NCBI GenBank assembly: GCA_965649825.1
Contig: OZ287697.1
Coordinates: 1,350,351 to 1,414,350 of the forward strand
Direction of reading: 5' to 3'
From: Penicillus capitatus
Lineage: Eukaryota; Plantae; Chlorophyta
Length of the DNA stretch: 64,000 nucleotides
Below the pieces are notes generated by a model, which made no database searches, was not told the DNA's origin, and worked only from the letters and a program-made list of their open reading frames with translations. Position numbers and translations under genes: made by a program. Numbering within the stretch: position 1 is the stretch's first letter; each line of letters starts with the position of its first letter. Of the stretch, positions 34,701-48,370 are shown piece after piece.

Positions 34701-37559
34701 GGCTGTACTCTGGTGGGCAACAAAGCAACTCGCGGTGGAGCCATATTCTTTCAGTACAGTGACACTCAGTCCATTTCGCTGCAACTGGACAACAGCAATG
34801 TCTTTGACAACTCAGCCGAATACGGAGGTATTTGTGATAAGGCCAACAGAAACGGAGGTTCACCCTGTTGTACTGTCGTAGGAGGGATCCAAATTGTTGC
34901 CGAAACGGAGTCCACATTGCAGAAGTGTCTGGTAGGACTGGATGAATGTCGAGTGGCGGCTATGACGAACACTTCGATGATAGACAACAAAGCACAGTTG
35001 GCAGGTGGTGCTGTCTTCATCGACACAGCTGCTGGCTTCCGATTGAACTGCTCAGCTGAATCGACAGGACGCGAACTAGAATTCTATGCGGAGAAGCGAT
35101 GGGACTCAATGAAGCGCCTGACATCCACTGAAGAAATCTGCACATCCTGGGAGAATAACTCAGCTGACAGATACGGACCGGTTGTGGCAACCTCCGTATC
35201 CGATGTCCAAAAGGATATCTCCGATAAAGAGACTGGTTTGTCGAGATTGGTGAATGGGACCAATTACACCGTACACAACCACAGAAGCGGAGAACCGATT
35301 CCCATGATCGTTTTAACTGCCGTGGATGAACTCGGACAAAGTCCAGCCGTCGGAGAGAACAATAAGGACATCGAGGCTATGATGTCCTCACCGGATGGGT
35401 TCTTCATTGGAAGGGTTATCGAGCCCCTGGGCGTCGAAGGCGCGAGTCTCAGTGCCGCCGGCTTCGTGCAGCCTGGTAACTACAGAATTCTGATCATATT
35501 CGAGGGAGCAGACCTGGAGAGCTTCGAGATTACTGTGGAGGTGAAACCGTGTGACATTGGTGAGGTTACTTCAAGAAATGGAACATTGTGCGTCTCGTGC
35601 AACGCTGTCTCCTTCAATTTTTATCCAAAAGAGGATCTGGAATGCCATCCGTGTCCAGCGAACGGAGACTGCAGCAGTCAAGTCATCATGCCAGAAAGAG
35701 GGTATTGGCACCGGACTCCCTGCTCAGAGCACATCCAGAGATGTCTCACAGAAGAAGCGTGTGACAGTGACAGTCGAGAAAACACGTTGGCGGAACTCAC
35801 ACAAGATGTGCAGACGTGTCAATTTGACGATCAGTACCTACAGGACTACACAGAGGCGCAGTGCAGAGAGGTGAGCATCGTGCTTAATTGTGGACTGCCT
35901 CAAGTGTCGTTGGGTTCTCAGGGGCATGAAGGACCACTTTGTGGATCGTGTAAGGAATCCTATGGCAAATCTCACTCCCATCTCTGCGAGGAGTGCCGTT
36001 CAGATGGCATCAGTGTCGTCCTAGTCGTCCTGTCGTTTCTTGTTCTGTTGGGGTTGGCCAGCATTACCGTCAGAAGCAACCTTCTCTCAGCCTATTCGTC
36101 TCAGCAACAAACACAATGTTCTCAGTTTTCTGCAGCCTCCACCAGCACTCGAGCAGTTCCAGCTGAGAGAAGAATAGAAATGACAGTCGTGGAGGCGATC
36201 ACGGAAGGAGGCTCAACTCCGGACATTCCTCAAGAAGCTGATCCTGTTCAGTCTTCTGAAGACGCAGAGCTCGCAAAATGGAAGGCTGTCGAGCTCTTTA
36301 AGGTCACACTTTCTCTGTTGCCTACTGTCTCCATTCGGCCTGACTGTGCTGTAGATCACAGTGAACTTTCTGCAGGTCACCGCCATAGCGATCGCTGTTG
36401 ATGCACAGTGGACATTCGCATTGATCGCACTCTTCCGGACTGCAGGTGAATAAGAAACAACTAACTCTGTCCATCAGTTCCATGACACGTGGTGTGTTCT
36501 GCAGAGTTCGTCAGTGCCATCACATCGGAAGCTGTGAATCGATCCATCGACTGCCTTGTCTCGGCAGAAACTTCTCTGCAGCGATCAGTCGTTAGTACAC
36601 TGGTGGATGCATTGCAGCCGATTGCATGCATCCTTGTCTTTATCGTTTTCTGGCTGCTGATCAAGATCAGACGCAGCGAGTCGTGGACTTACCTGTTGAG
36701 GAAGTGTGTCCTCAGCTCTCTGGTCGTCTTCTACATCAGCTACATGTCTGCCACCAAGACACTCATCAACATCTTCAACTGCGTCGAAGTCCATGACTCG
36801 AAGGTGGCTGGGATCGACGAGACAACGAACTACTGGGCAGTGGACACTGGCATCGAGTGCTACGAGGGATCGCATGCTGCGTTGGCTTACCTGTTGGCAT
36901 GGCCATTCCTCGTCATCTTCACTGTTGGGTTTCCACTCTCTGTCGCATTCCTGGTTGTCAAGAAGGTTACAGGAGACTACAAGGATGGATGGATCTACGA
37001 AGTCAGCGGCTTCGTGTATCGATCCTTCAGTAAGAAGTTCATTTTCTGGGAAACCGTGATCATGATCAGAAAAGCCTTGCTCGTTGTGGTGATCGTTTTC
37101 TCTTACGAAGTGGGGTCCATCATCCAGGCTGTTCTGGCCTCCTTCATCCTGATCATGGCCCTTTACCTTCAGACCAAATGTCGTCCTTACCGCGTGGAGT
37201 TTGATTCTCTCAATGATGTGGAGAGTCTGTCCATTACGATTTCGTCTCTGACGTTTACCTTCAGCATCTTCTTCGGGGCCGATCACGTCTCGGATGATGT
37301 TCGTGTGCTCATCAGTGTTCTCTTGTGCCTTGCGAACGTTTTTTTCTTTCTTTACCTCCTCAGTCTGACTGCCGTCTTTGCAGCCGAGTACTTCAAAACT
37401 GTGCTGGCTGAGGAAGGAATTCGTATCTCGTCGACAGATGACACGTTTCGAATTCTCACGACGTATTTGATTGATTACCTGTTCATGAATGTGAAGAATG
37501 TCGCGATGAGATTGGGTCAACCTGCCAGATCTTATCGCTACCGTCGTCCTGAAGTTTGA
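31796..37559 (+). CDS. R5: Pmp-like beta-helix / Cys-rich / multi-TM surface receptor-like protein (complete)
   Basis: Signal peptide MRRRFLALLLTWAMLGADA. Introns 32175-32230, 32553-32605, 34828-34881, 35871-35921, 36303-36354, 36446-36504. Close paralog of R2 and R8. Stop TGA. Confidence 0.92.
33549..34480. repeat. Internal beta-helix duplications in R5 (units of 390, 234 and 234 bp)
   Basis: The N[TN]AS...GG anchor codon AAC falls at 33549, 33939, 34173 and 34407. Confidence 0.82.
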
Positions 37560-39020
37560 AGTGGCTCTGTTATGTTTCACATGTCGATTTGTGAGGGGAG
37601 GGCGAAGGAAAGCGATCGTAGTTCTCTCCCTTGATGTTGTCAATGATGACGGGGTTCTCAAAAGAACAGCAACTGTCGATAAACATGTGTTTAAAGAGAA
37701 GTGTCTGGGTGTTTTGTGAATTGCGCTCTCGAACATCGTCTTCCGATAACCGACTGCTTGATGCAGGGTGTATAGGAATAATTCCTCACTCGCAGGAGGG
37801 ACGCCTTGATTCTGATTCTGACACCTGCAAAACGCAGCAGGTTACAAAAGAGCATCTCCTTTTCGGATTCTCTGTTTGGAGAGAGGGGATGCCTGTCGAC
37901 TGCGACGACTTCTGTGTCGTTGCAGACGTTTTTTGGCGCGTGTCTGATGAAGAGGATAAGAGTGTGGTTTCCAAAGCGCAAAAGTGTAGCGAAGTGTGAG
38001 AATGTCTGCGGCGCTGTCGCAACGCTGTATCGTCGTAGATCTCACTCAAGGACAGGAGTATCGCCTGCTAGTGCATTCTCAGAAGCAGACAACGCGTCGA
38101 CTACAGACTCACGCGACAGGCTCTTATAAAGTTCTTTCAATCTGAGAAGTAGACTGTCATGAGACTCGACTCGATCCTTAACAGAGCGCCACCGTTTCCG
38201 CTGAGCGTTTCGTTTTTGAAATCACCTAACCCACTATGTGCGTATCAGAAGCAGCGCTTGCGAATGCGGCGCTATGTTGGTCGCTCTGGATGCAGAAGCC
38301 CGTCGACTGATGGTAAAAGGTCCGCTTGTCAGGACACTGCACAGAGCAGCAGCTTCCTCACGGAAACCGAACTTTGCGAGGCCTTGGTTTCAGACTTTCG
38401 TTGGAGATCATACTGTCGCCGACCTCGTCGAGGTCCGAGTGGTGGTGTGAGCGATCTGATAGTGTTGGAATCGGAAAGCGCTGATGCGACAGCGAAGAGA
38501 ATACTGTGATGTTCGTATGTAAAGGCCTTTATCTGACTGGTATAGAAACTAGAATTCTAGAGAGCTTACCTCGCGCTGTCGAAACGCTTGCGACATTCTG
38601 TCACGAGTCTATAGCCTGCCACGGTTTAGTTTTTCACGAAGTACGCGCAAAAGAGCGGAGCGACTCGCAAAGTCCGTCGTGAAAAGACGTGCCTACCGAA
38701 GGCACCCAAACAGTCGTGTAAAGAAAAGAAAGCCGCGATGCATTACTCGCCATTCACACAATGAATTTCTAATCCCAGTAGTGGATATCGTACTTACTGT
38801 TAAACGATAAACGCCTTAAGCAAGCTCGTTGTCAGTCAGACTGTCATCGCGTTGTTGTTATGGTTACTACTGTATGGTCCTAAAGGACTGTGACAGAGGT
38901 GACGGGTAGTACTTACCGCATGGTGATAAAATCGAATCCATTCCACAGAGGCATTGGTTCAAAACGATTGAGATTCTTGAGTGTTTTCAGGCGTGTGCCT
39001 TTTCTGAGTGTCACGCCTAC

Positions 39021-42000
39021 ATGGCCCTTACTACAATCTCTCGTTTTCGTCTCGTCTTGTGGATTCTTGCACTTCTGTGTTCTCGTGACACCCTTGCTGA
39101 ACTAGAAGTACGCTCGGAGGTTAACCGACCCGCGTCGACGGCGGGTCGAAATCCCAGTGGCGAGTTCGATGTTCGTCCACACTCTGTTTCTCGACGAACG
39201 GCTGGCGATTTTGGCACTCAGAAACCACGCTTCACTCGGCATCTGTTGCAGGGGGACACCGACAGTTCGAACACGGGTAACCGCCCGAGGCAAACAGGCG
39301 TTTTGCCGTATCCATTTGTGTTTTCGTAGAGTACCTGTGCTCTCTTCAGGAGGAAATGACGGAGTATCTCGATACGGCCACACGGACCTGGCGCATTGAC
39401 GGTGCTGCTCTCAGCGCGATTGACAACGACGTGCAGGCCATCGTGAACTGTACGACAGAAGGCGACACGCTGCTCTTCGACGTCGGCGACGTCATTCGGC
39501 CGCGAGCTCGAATCACGATTCCGTGGAAGCTGACGATCAGCACAGCGACAGGCAGGACTTGAAGAGTGAACGGCATCTATCCAAAAGCTCCTCGGAAGGC
39601 AACGATCACATGCCCCACCGAAGGAGAAGGCGTCTTCCTCGTGAGGTGAGCTCAAAGTCCTCAATGTGGAGGCACTGTCTGACCTTCTTTCTCTCCAGGT
39701 CTAAAAGTGTCCTCTTTGCGAATCTCAGATTCGAAAACTGCTCTCTTCGAGGTTCGTCAGGATCCGAAGCTATCGTCCAAGTCGAGGAGTGTCAATTCAA
39801 CAGGACACAAGACGCTGTTCAGCTGCACCACGTTAGCTTCGAGCGCAACACCTTGATCGACGCAGCGGCTCTCTCAGTGAAGGGTCCATCCTGTGCCAGA
39901 CTCGAACTGGTGGACTTCGAATTCTCGGACAGTGACTGCGGTGGTCGGTGCGGTGTGACGCTGTCCGCGCAGAACCGACTGCGCAATATCCGCATTCATC
40001 AGATCCGTTTCTATGACTCAGCCAACAGGAGCTCTACAGTCTTCTACGGTTCAGTCGGGTCAGAGACATCTATCAAACGCATGAACGCGACCGAGAGCGA
40101 GTGTTCCCTGTTGCATGTCGAAGGAGGCACCCTGAATGTGTCAGACTCCGCATTCGTTGAAAACGACATGTACAGCACGAGGGAGAACGATGTGAGGTTT
40201 TGCATTCGGCTGTCGAACTCGACTGGGTCTATCCACGATACTCGGTTTCGCCGGAATCAAGCTCAATCTGGAAGTGCCGTTACCGCCACAGAGTCGGACT
40301 TAACGGTGATCGGCTGTGTCTTTGGGAACAACTCTGCCACCTCGAACGGAGGATCCATCTGTGCAACGGACTCCAGACTCTCCATCCAAATGTGCCGCTT
40401 CGAGAATGGCGCGGCCGAATCCGGCGGAGCCATCTCTATGGAGTCTGGATCGTCTGGGTTGTTCGTCAACACCACTTTTAGAAAGAACTTGGCAAATGAG
40501 AATGGAGGGATATGCCACGTCGAAGATTCCGAACTCGTCGTTCAGAAATGTCACATCACCGAAGGATCCGCTGAAAACGGCGGAGCAATCTTCGCGTTGT
40601 TTTCAAGAATCACATTTCGGGAGACCGTGGCGTCTAACCTCACCGCAGCAAAGCACGGTGGTGTTATCTCAGGCAATGCTTTAGTGATTCGCATGACTGA
40701 CTGCTCAACCCTGAAAAACACAGCTGCTGTCAGCGGAGGTGTGATGGAATGCCACCCTAACTGCACATTCACAGACACAGAATCGAACTATTCTCGTAAC
40801 TCGGCAAAGTTCGGTGGCGCCATCATTCTAGACAAGAACTGCTCGGGAAGCATCAGCGGCTCTACATTCGACCACAATAATGCCTCTAAATCCGGCGGCT
40901 CAATCTACCTTGGAGAGAGCACTTTCAGCATAAGGCAATGCACCTTCTCCGAGAGCAATGCTACGTGGGGTGGCTTTATCTACGTAACCGAAACGAGAAT
41001 GAGCATTTCCGCCTCGAACTTCGAGCAAGGATCAGCCATGGACGGTGGTTGCACTCGAATAACAAATGGAAGCGAAGTAATGTTCCAAGATGTCAAAATT
41101 GCATCCTGCAAAGCCGAATTGACTGGAGGAGCAGTGCAATTCCTGTCCAATTCCACTGGTACCTTGAACAACGTATTTCTTGACGAGAATTCTGCACCAT
41201 CAACCGCTGGATCTGTTCTCGTCCAGGAATCAAATGCCAGTTTTGATCATTGTACTTTTCAAAAGGGCCATGCAGAGTACGGTGGACTGCTAGCAGTTAT
41301 CTCCGGAAGTATAAACATGCGCCATTCTGTGCTCCAGAAAAGCACAGCGGAGTGGGGTGCATGCTTGCATTGTAATGGCTGCAGTATGCTCCTTCAGAAT
41401 GTGACGATGCAAGAATGTCGAGCAGAGTTGTCAGGCGGAGCGATCGGCATGGCATTCTCCAGCGAAGCCACAGTCCAGAACTCTGTCTTTGTGAGAAACT
41501 ATGCAAGTTTTGGCGGAAGCATTGATTTATCACGATCATCGTCACTGTTTGGAGATGGTCTGCTCTTCGAGGACAACACTGTTGAAGAGGAAGGCGGCGC
41601 ACTTGTTTCTCAACAAGCGAGCACCATAGAGATAAACAACTCCGTTTTTCGTAACAATACTGGAAGAATTGGCGGCGTGTTGATCCAGTACAGAAACACT
41701 ACTGGGATCTTTGCAAATGTCACGTTTGAGAGGAATCGGGCGACACAGAACGGAGGCGTCGTCTACGCAACAACATCCAATATCAGTTTCGATCAGTGTG
41801 TCTTCGAACGGAGCAGCGCAGAGCATGGCGGCTTCCTCTATTTGCGAAGAAGCGTGCGTTGTCACCTTAGTAGATCGGTGTTGATCAATGGCACTGCACA
41901 AGAGGGAGGATGCATCGTCGTGGAGAAAGGGAATCTCACGTTGCAGAAGACATCCATCCATACCTGTATTGCATCGAAGGATGGAGGTGCACTGCATTTG

Positions 42001-45000
42001 TCGGAAGGCGCGAACGCGACAATCACTGATTCAAGCATCGACGCAAGTCATGCTGGCGAACACGGAGGCGGTGTTTACATGTCACGCAGCTCTCTCAGTG
42101 CAAACAGACTCCTTCTCACTGGAAACATCGCAAAAGGCGACGGGGGTGGCATCTTCTCTGAACACTCTACTGGCATCAGAATTTTCAACGATTCCTACTT
42201 CGGGAACAATTCTGCGCAGTCCGGTGGAGGCGTGGCATTGAGAAACACAACAGGGTCCTTGATCGGCGTCAGAATCTATGGCAACTTGGCATCGAATCGT
42301 GGAGGGGCCTGTTGGTCGGAAAGCTCGTCCCTGAAGATGGTTGGATGCACAATCCGTCACAGTGAGGCCGGAAGCGGTGGCAGTTTCTTTGTTCGGATGT
42401 CGGAACTGAAGCTCACAAGTTCAAAACTCAAAGCCGGACGGGCTTCCGTGGAAGGAGGTTTCATCTCAGCTACGGAGAACAGCTCGGTCCGTGCGGACAG
42501 GACATCGATGATTGCGGGCAAATCGAAAGAGGGCTGCGCCGTTTTCCTCTCTAAATCTATCTTTACAGCCACGGGCATTCGGATATCGCAGTGCAAGGCA
42601 GACGGCGACGGTGGTGCCATCAAGGGCATCGATTCGTCGAGGATGCTCTGCAGTGGCTGCACTCTGAGCAACAACAACGCAACTCGCGGTGGAGCTATGT
42701 TTGCTATGTATAATGACACTCGAATGCTCTCGATGCAATTAGACAACTGCACTCTCCAGAACAACTCGGCAACATTTGGAGGTATTCTCGATCAGACCAG
42801 GAGTAGAGTAAAGTTCACATTCTTCCACGCAGGAGGCGTCCAGATCGTGGCCGGATCAGAGTCCGTATTTCGGGACTGCCGTGCGGGATGGGACACTTGC
42901 AAAGTTACAACTTTGATGAACACAGTCTTTGCAGACAACGAAGCAAAGGCGGCTGGCGGAGCCGTCTTCATCGACACAGTTGCTGGACTCCGACTGAGCT
43001 GCTCAGATGAATCGGCAGGACAGGGACTGGAGTTCTATTCGGAGAAGCGGTGGAAGTCCATGAAGCGCTTGACATCCGTCGACGACGTCTGCCCATCCTG
43101 GAAGAACAATTCAGCTGGCAGATACGGACCAGATGTGGCATCTTACGCATCTGATGTCCTAAAGAAGGTCACCAACAAAAAGACAAAATGGTTGAGTCCA
43201 TCAGACAGGAATCATTACACCATACGCCGCCACAAGAGCGGAAGACCGATTCTCATCGCTTTCACACCCGTGGACGACCTCGAGCAGAGTCCAGCTGTTG
43301 GGATGGACAACAACGACATCGAGGCTGTGACGTTTTCGCCCAATGGATTCTTTGTCGGAAGGGTGAAAGTGCCACTTAATGCCGCAGTTGTGAATATCAG
43401 CACGACTGGTTTCGTGCAGCCTGACGAGTACAGAGTTCAGATCGATTTCGAAGGAGCAGACCTGGAGAGCTTAGAGATCATCGTGGAGGTACAGAAGTGC
43501 GAGATCGGCGAAGTTCCTTCAGCAAATGGAACATTCTGCGAACCGTGCAGCGTTGCCTCTTACAACTTTTATCCAGAAGAGGACTTGGAATGCCATCCGT
43601 GTCCAGAGAATGGAGACTGCAGCAGTCAAGTCATCCTGCCAAACAGAGGATACTGGCACCGGACTCCTTGCGCAGAGCACATCCAGAAATGCTTCACAAC
43701 AGAAGCGTGCGACAGTGGCAATCGCGAGGATGAGTTAGCAAAGCGCACACGAGATCTGCAGACGTGTCAATTCGACGATCAGTACCTGCAGAATTACACA
43801 GAGGCACAGTGCAGAGAGGTGAGCATCGTGCTTAATTATGGACTGCTGCAAGGTCGCGATCCTCAGGGGCATGAAGGACCACTTTGTGGATCCTGCAAGA
43901 AGACCTACGGCAAGTCTCATTCGCATCTCTGCGAGAAGTGCTTCTCGGGCTTCAGCGATGTTGTCTTGATCGTTCTGTCTCTTCTGGTTTTATTGGGTTT
44001 GTCTAGTATCACGATCAGAAGCAACCTCATATCTGTCCTTTCGTCGCCGAACCAGCAACGGACACGAACCTTTCACTCCTCTATTGCCTCGACACGCACT
44101 CGAGCAGTTCCTACCGAACAGACGATTGAACTGGCTGCTGCAAAAGATGTCGCAGAACAGAGTTCTTCTGTGCGTCACAGTGAAAGGGATCATCCTGATC
44201 CATCTACCGATACAGAGCTCGCAAAATGGAAGGCGGCTGAGCTGGTCAAGGTCATCGTTTTCTGTTTCTTTCAGTCTTTTATGCCGTTGCTGTCTTACAG
44301 ATTGCTGTGAACTTTTTGCAAGTGACAGCCATTGCGGTCGCCGTTAATGTGAAGTGGACCCTTGCCATGGTTGCAATCTTCCAAACTGCCGGTGCGTCAG
44401 CCAAGTCTCCTACACGACACCAGAGCGCGTTGTGTGTTCTCTAGAGTTCATCAGTGCTGTCACATCAGAAGCTGTGAATCGCTCCGTCGACTGTCTCGCC
44501 CCGTTGGGAGCCTCCATCCAGCGCTCCATCGCCAGTACTCTGGTCGATATCTCGCAGCCGCTTGTCGCCATCCTCACCTTTGCCGTTTTCTGGCTGGCGA
44601 TCAAGATCTGGTTTGCCAAGGACTGGATGTATCTGTTAAAGCGCTGTATCCTCAGCGCCCTCGTCGTCTGTTACGTCAGCTACATCTCCATCACCAAGAC
44701 ACTCATCAATACCCTCAACTGCGTCCAAGTCCACGACTCAACGACGGTTGGAATAGATGGCACGACAGATTACTGGATACTGGATACCAGCGTCGAGTGT
44801 TACCAGGGATCCCATGCCGCATTGGCTTTCTTGCTGGCATGCCCGTTCCTCTTTATCTTCAGCCTTGGGTTTCCTTTGCTTATCGCATACGTCGTTATCG
44901 TAAAGGTGAAAGAAGACTACAAGGATGGCTGGATCTACGACGTCGCTGGTTTCGTCTATCGTTCCTTCAGTAAGAAGTACATTTTCTGGGAATCTGTGAT

Positions 45001-45499
45001 CATGTCCAGAAAGGCCGTCCTCGCCGTCGTCGTCGTCTTCTCTTACAAACTGGGCGCCAGCATCCAAGCTGTCCTTGCCTCCTTCGTCCTGATCATGGCC
45101 CTTTACCTTCAGACCAAATGTCGTCCTTACCGCGTGGAGTTTGACTGTCTCAATGACCTGGAGAGTCTCTCTATTCTGCTCTCCTGCCTCACGTTCATCT
45201 GCAGCATCTTTTTCGGCGACGATCGCGTGTCTTATGGCCTTCGTGTGCTGATTAGTGTTTTCCTGTGCTTTGCAAATATCGTCCTCGTTCTCTACCTTCT
45301 CACTCTTTTCGTCATCTATGAAGTCGAGTACATGAAAACGGTGCTGGTGAGAGAAGGCATTCACCCATCGCCAGCACAGGGTACACTTCGCGTTCTCCGT
45401 GCCTATTTTTTCGATTACCTGTTCATCGATATGAAAGAGGCAATGGTGCGATGGGTCCACCACGGAAGATCTCGTCGCTATCATTCTTACAGAGTTTGA
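39021..45499 (+). pseudogene. R6: receptor paralog with a single in-frame TGA in exon 2 (null allele or recent pseudogene); remainder intact
   Basis: Signal peptide MALTTISRFRLVLWILALLCS. Introns 39277-39329, 39646-39698, 42782-42832, 43819-43866, 44251-44300, 44392-44444. TGA at 39560-39562 lies in frame within the conserved cap exon (PWKLTISTATGRT*RVNGIYPKAPRKATITCP). Confidence 0.75.
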
Positions 45500-46220
45500 C
45501 GTTTCTCCATCGCGTTCTGTATCGTTTGCTGCCGTACCTTGCATTAAAAGAAGCACCTTTTGACTCCTACCCTCTGACACACGTAGGCGCAAGTGCTCAG
45601 ACATAAGTGTCTGGCTGTTTGGTAGCCTACCCCCTTTCATCTGGCCTTTGCTGTGACTCAGTAACTGTTTCTGTGTGCGATGACGAGAGGCATGCCGGCC
45701 TCTCTTAAGCGAGTCACACTTTGATTGAAATTCTGAAGCACGCAGAAAACGACACGTTCCCAATGCTGCGCTGTTTATCTAATATTTCTCTCTAGATGAA
45801 GAGCAACGTTCTCATCCTCTGTCAAACTCGCCGTGATCGAAGTCTGATTTGAACGCGACTTTCGCGATGCAGAGATGGGTCATGTGGTGAGGATGATCAT
45901 CCAGGCGCTGCATCTTTCGAGATCTCACTCCGATGACGCACGCGTCGATAATCGTACGATACCATGCAAAGCTGACAAAAAATGTTCAACACATAGAAAG
46001 GTGCATTCCCTGCGAGATCGTCTGTAGGGAAGGCAATGATCATGTAATCAGGAACAGAGGCCAGAGGCTTTGCTGGCTGCATTCCCCCCTTAACGCGCGT
46101 TTTACTGACGCGGGCGCGGGTCGTTTATCGTGTAAGGCTCGTCGTCGACGAACGGCCCTTCATTTCCGTTGAACAACGCACAGCGTAAGTCCATATGCGC
46201 CATCTGCCAACCCGTACACC

Positions 46221-46704
46221 CTACACGAAACACCTCACCCTAGAGAAACGCACAAGCGGCGCCCCACATGCGATGCTTGCGCAATGTTCGGCACAGGTGA
46301 ACGGATTCGGCGCATCGATGTGGTCAACCGGTTGGGCTGTGTACCTCGCCCCGATATAGACTGGAAATCCTAAAAGACAACGCCGCCGGTGTCCATCGAA
46401 GCGCAAAGTGAAGCGATCTTCGCTCGCCTTGGGGATCGTTTTTCATTTGCTCGGCGACGATGTTTTCGACGGATCCCGGTTTGGTAAGCACTGCAAAGCA
46501 GATAGACAAGCATCGAACGTCGAGCGACGGCAGACGTGTGGTTTACGTTCGGCAAAGATGGAGGATCTCTCAAAGCGCGCCGTTCCGACCTGCCGTCGTT
46601 GTCAGCACGCGTCGAGCGTTGGATTCGCCGGCGGGGTAGATGCGCACCTTGAAGAGGCAGAGAAAGAGGACGGCGGTGGAGAGCACAGACTTCAGGTGCT
46701 GCAT
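46221..46704 (-). CDS. Possible small multi-exon secreted-protein gene (tentative)
   Basis: ATG 46704 gives MQHLKSVLSTAVLFLCLFK. Candidate 56-58 nt introns of the local type (GTGCGC...GCTGAC...GGCAG; GTAAAC...TTTGCAG; GCGAGC...TTTTAG) join to VGTARFERSSIFAELLTKPGSVENIVAEQMKNDPQGFPVYIGAR. The 3' end is unresolved. Confidence 0.3.
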
Positions 46705-48370
46705 ACTGCTCTGCTTGAAAAACGAGAAAACTGAACGACCGGCGAAAAGAAACGCGAAATGCACGGTCGCTGACGCACTCGCTTTTTATATCCATGAGCT
46801 TCGCTCAGATGATCATACCTCTGATCGAGTTCATCTTCTGGTACAGGACACGACTGTCAATAGAACGATCTGGGACTGCCGCACACCTGTCTGGTTTTTG
46901 GGGGGCTTTTTTAGATGGCGCAGTGGCTCCTTGGACGGGAAGGGAAAGGATCGTGGCGGAGGAGGATACTGAGGAAGGTATGGATGGTAGGTACTCTAGG
47001 CATCTCGTTAGAGAAGGCACAAGCCGATGGCCCCGTCATTGCACGAAGGCACTTGATGAAAATCTCGGCCGATGTCATTCTTTACCCCGTCGCCAATCCG
47101 TCTCTTGATCTGCAGCATTCACCGAGGTAGCTATCATCGACGGAATCGATACCCACGACGCCACAGAAGTAAACTTCACGCTGCATCATCCCATTGCGCC
47201 TCCTGCTGGCGGCGCTGCTGATTCGAACAGTGGGTGCCTTATCTGGATGCAGCCAGTATCAGCGGGGTTCCGATTTGACAGCGGTGGTTCTCGAACAGAC
47301 GTACTACACACCAGTCACTTGTCTGACAAGGGAGCGACGCAAACAGATCACCGTTCGGACGCTGTCCACCAAAAAGCATCATCTAGCAGGGCATTCGAGC
47401 CAGGCATGCAGAGAAATCGACGATGTGACGTTTGCTCATCGAGAAGATCGTCTTGAGCATCTTAGCCATTTACCACTTCGACTGCATCTTTCTGATGACG
47501 TCTTTCCTCAAGATAGGTCTTAATGGTACTCTCCACGAATCCTTAGACAGTCATGAGCACACGAAGGCCGAGATGGATACTCTCCTTCAGCCGACGGTAC
47601 AAAAGAACGTTACATACCGTCTCTGAACTGTCTTCGCATCTGATCCCTTCTCTTCCTAGCGCCTTCATGGTGCCTTTGGACGCAGCCTGCATCATATTTA
47701 AGAAGAGTGACGAAAATGACAAGACTGGATAAGTTGCCAGGCACGGTATTGACGGAAGAACGCATTTCGTCTCTTCTGAGTACGGGCGCGACCTCTATCG
47801 TACGTCTGACAGGTGCAGTCTCGCGACGAAAGTCGTATGGAGGCGGCAAATCCGTCACAGCAACTTGTACACGGAGTACTGTCGATGACGTGACCGCCAA
47901 CGCTCGAATGCTAAGGCAGAGGGCTTCGTTGTCATGGAGTTCGAAGCCCTCTTGGGAGGAGTCTGTCGCCGTAACGCTCTGCCAACGCAATTGATGTATT
48001 CCATCTCCGTTCGCTCCACCGACAACACAAAGTCAGTTGACTGGAAGCAGCTTCTCGCGTTCTCATAGCGACCACTCTTACCACACTTGAGTCGTAAAAC
48101 AACAACAACCAGACAGTCTTGACGTAAATGAGAGTGACTTGGAGTATCGACAACTCTGTGGACTGCCGTAGGTCAAGGCAATCGAAAACGCACCTTCATG
48201 CCTTGTTATGGACGAACCTCAAGCCACATAGTCTTTTTTCTCACTCGGTGATAACACACTCATTCATATAATCAAATGACTTTCCTGTGACTTGAGCACA
48301 TAGATACGGCACACATTACCCGTTTCCTGTGTTCACATTCTTTTCGCGGTAAAGACATACAACAGCAACG

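Noticed and set aside
38631-38685. Inverted repeat TTTTCACGA...TCGTGAAAA as a MITE or terminator
   Set aside because: Only 9 bp, with no TSD and no second copy; compatible with chance.
39523-39698. GTG start at 39523 of the 1595-aa ORF as the true R6 start
   Set aside because: Its first ~59 codons are an alternative frame of the cap exon plus intron 39646-39698, with no signal peptide; the paralog-consistent start is 39021.
15045-45763. Long antisense ORFs (15045..16025, 36585..37736, 44738..45763 and similar)
   Set aside because: They shadow receptor exons on the opposite strand, cross introns and have no motifs; expected from codon bias.
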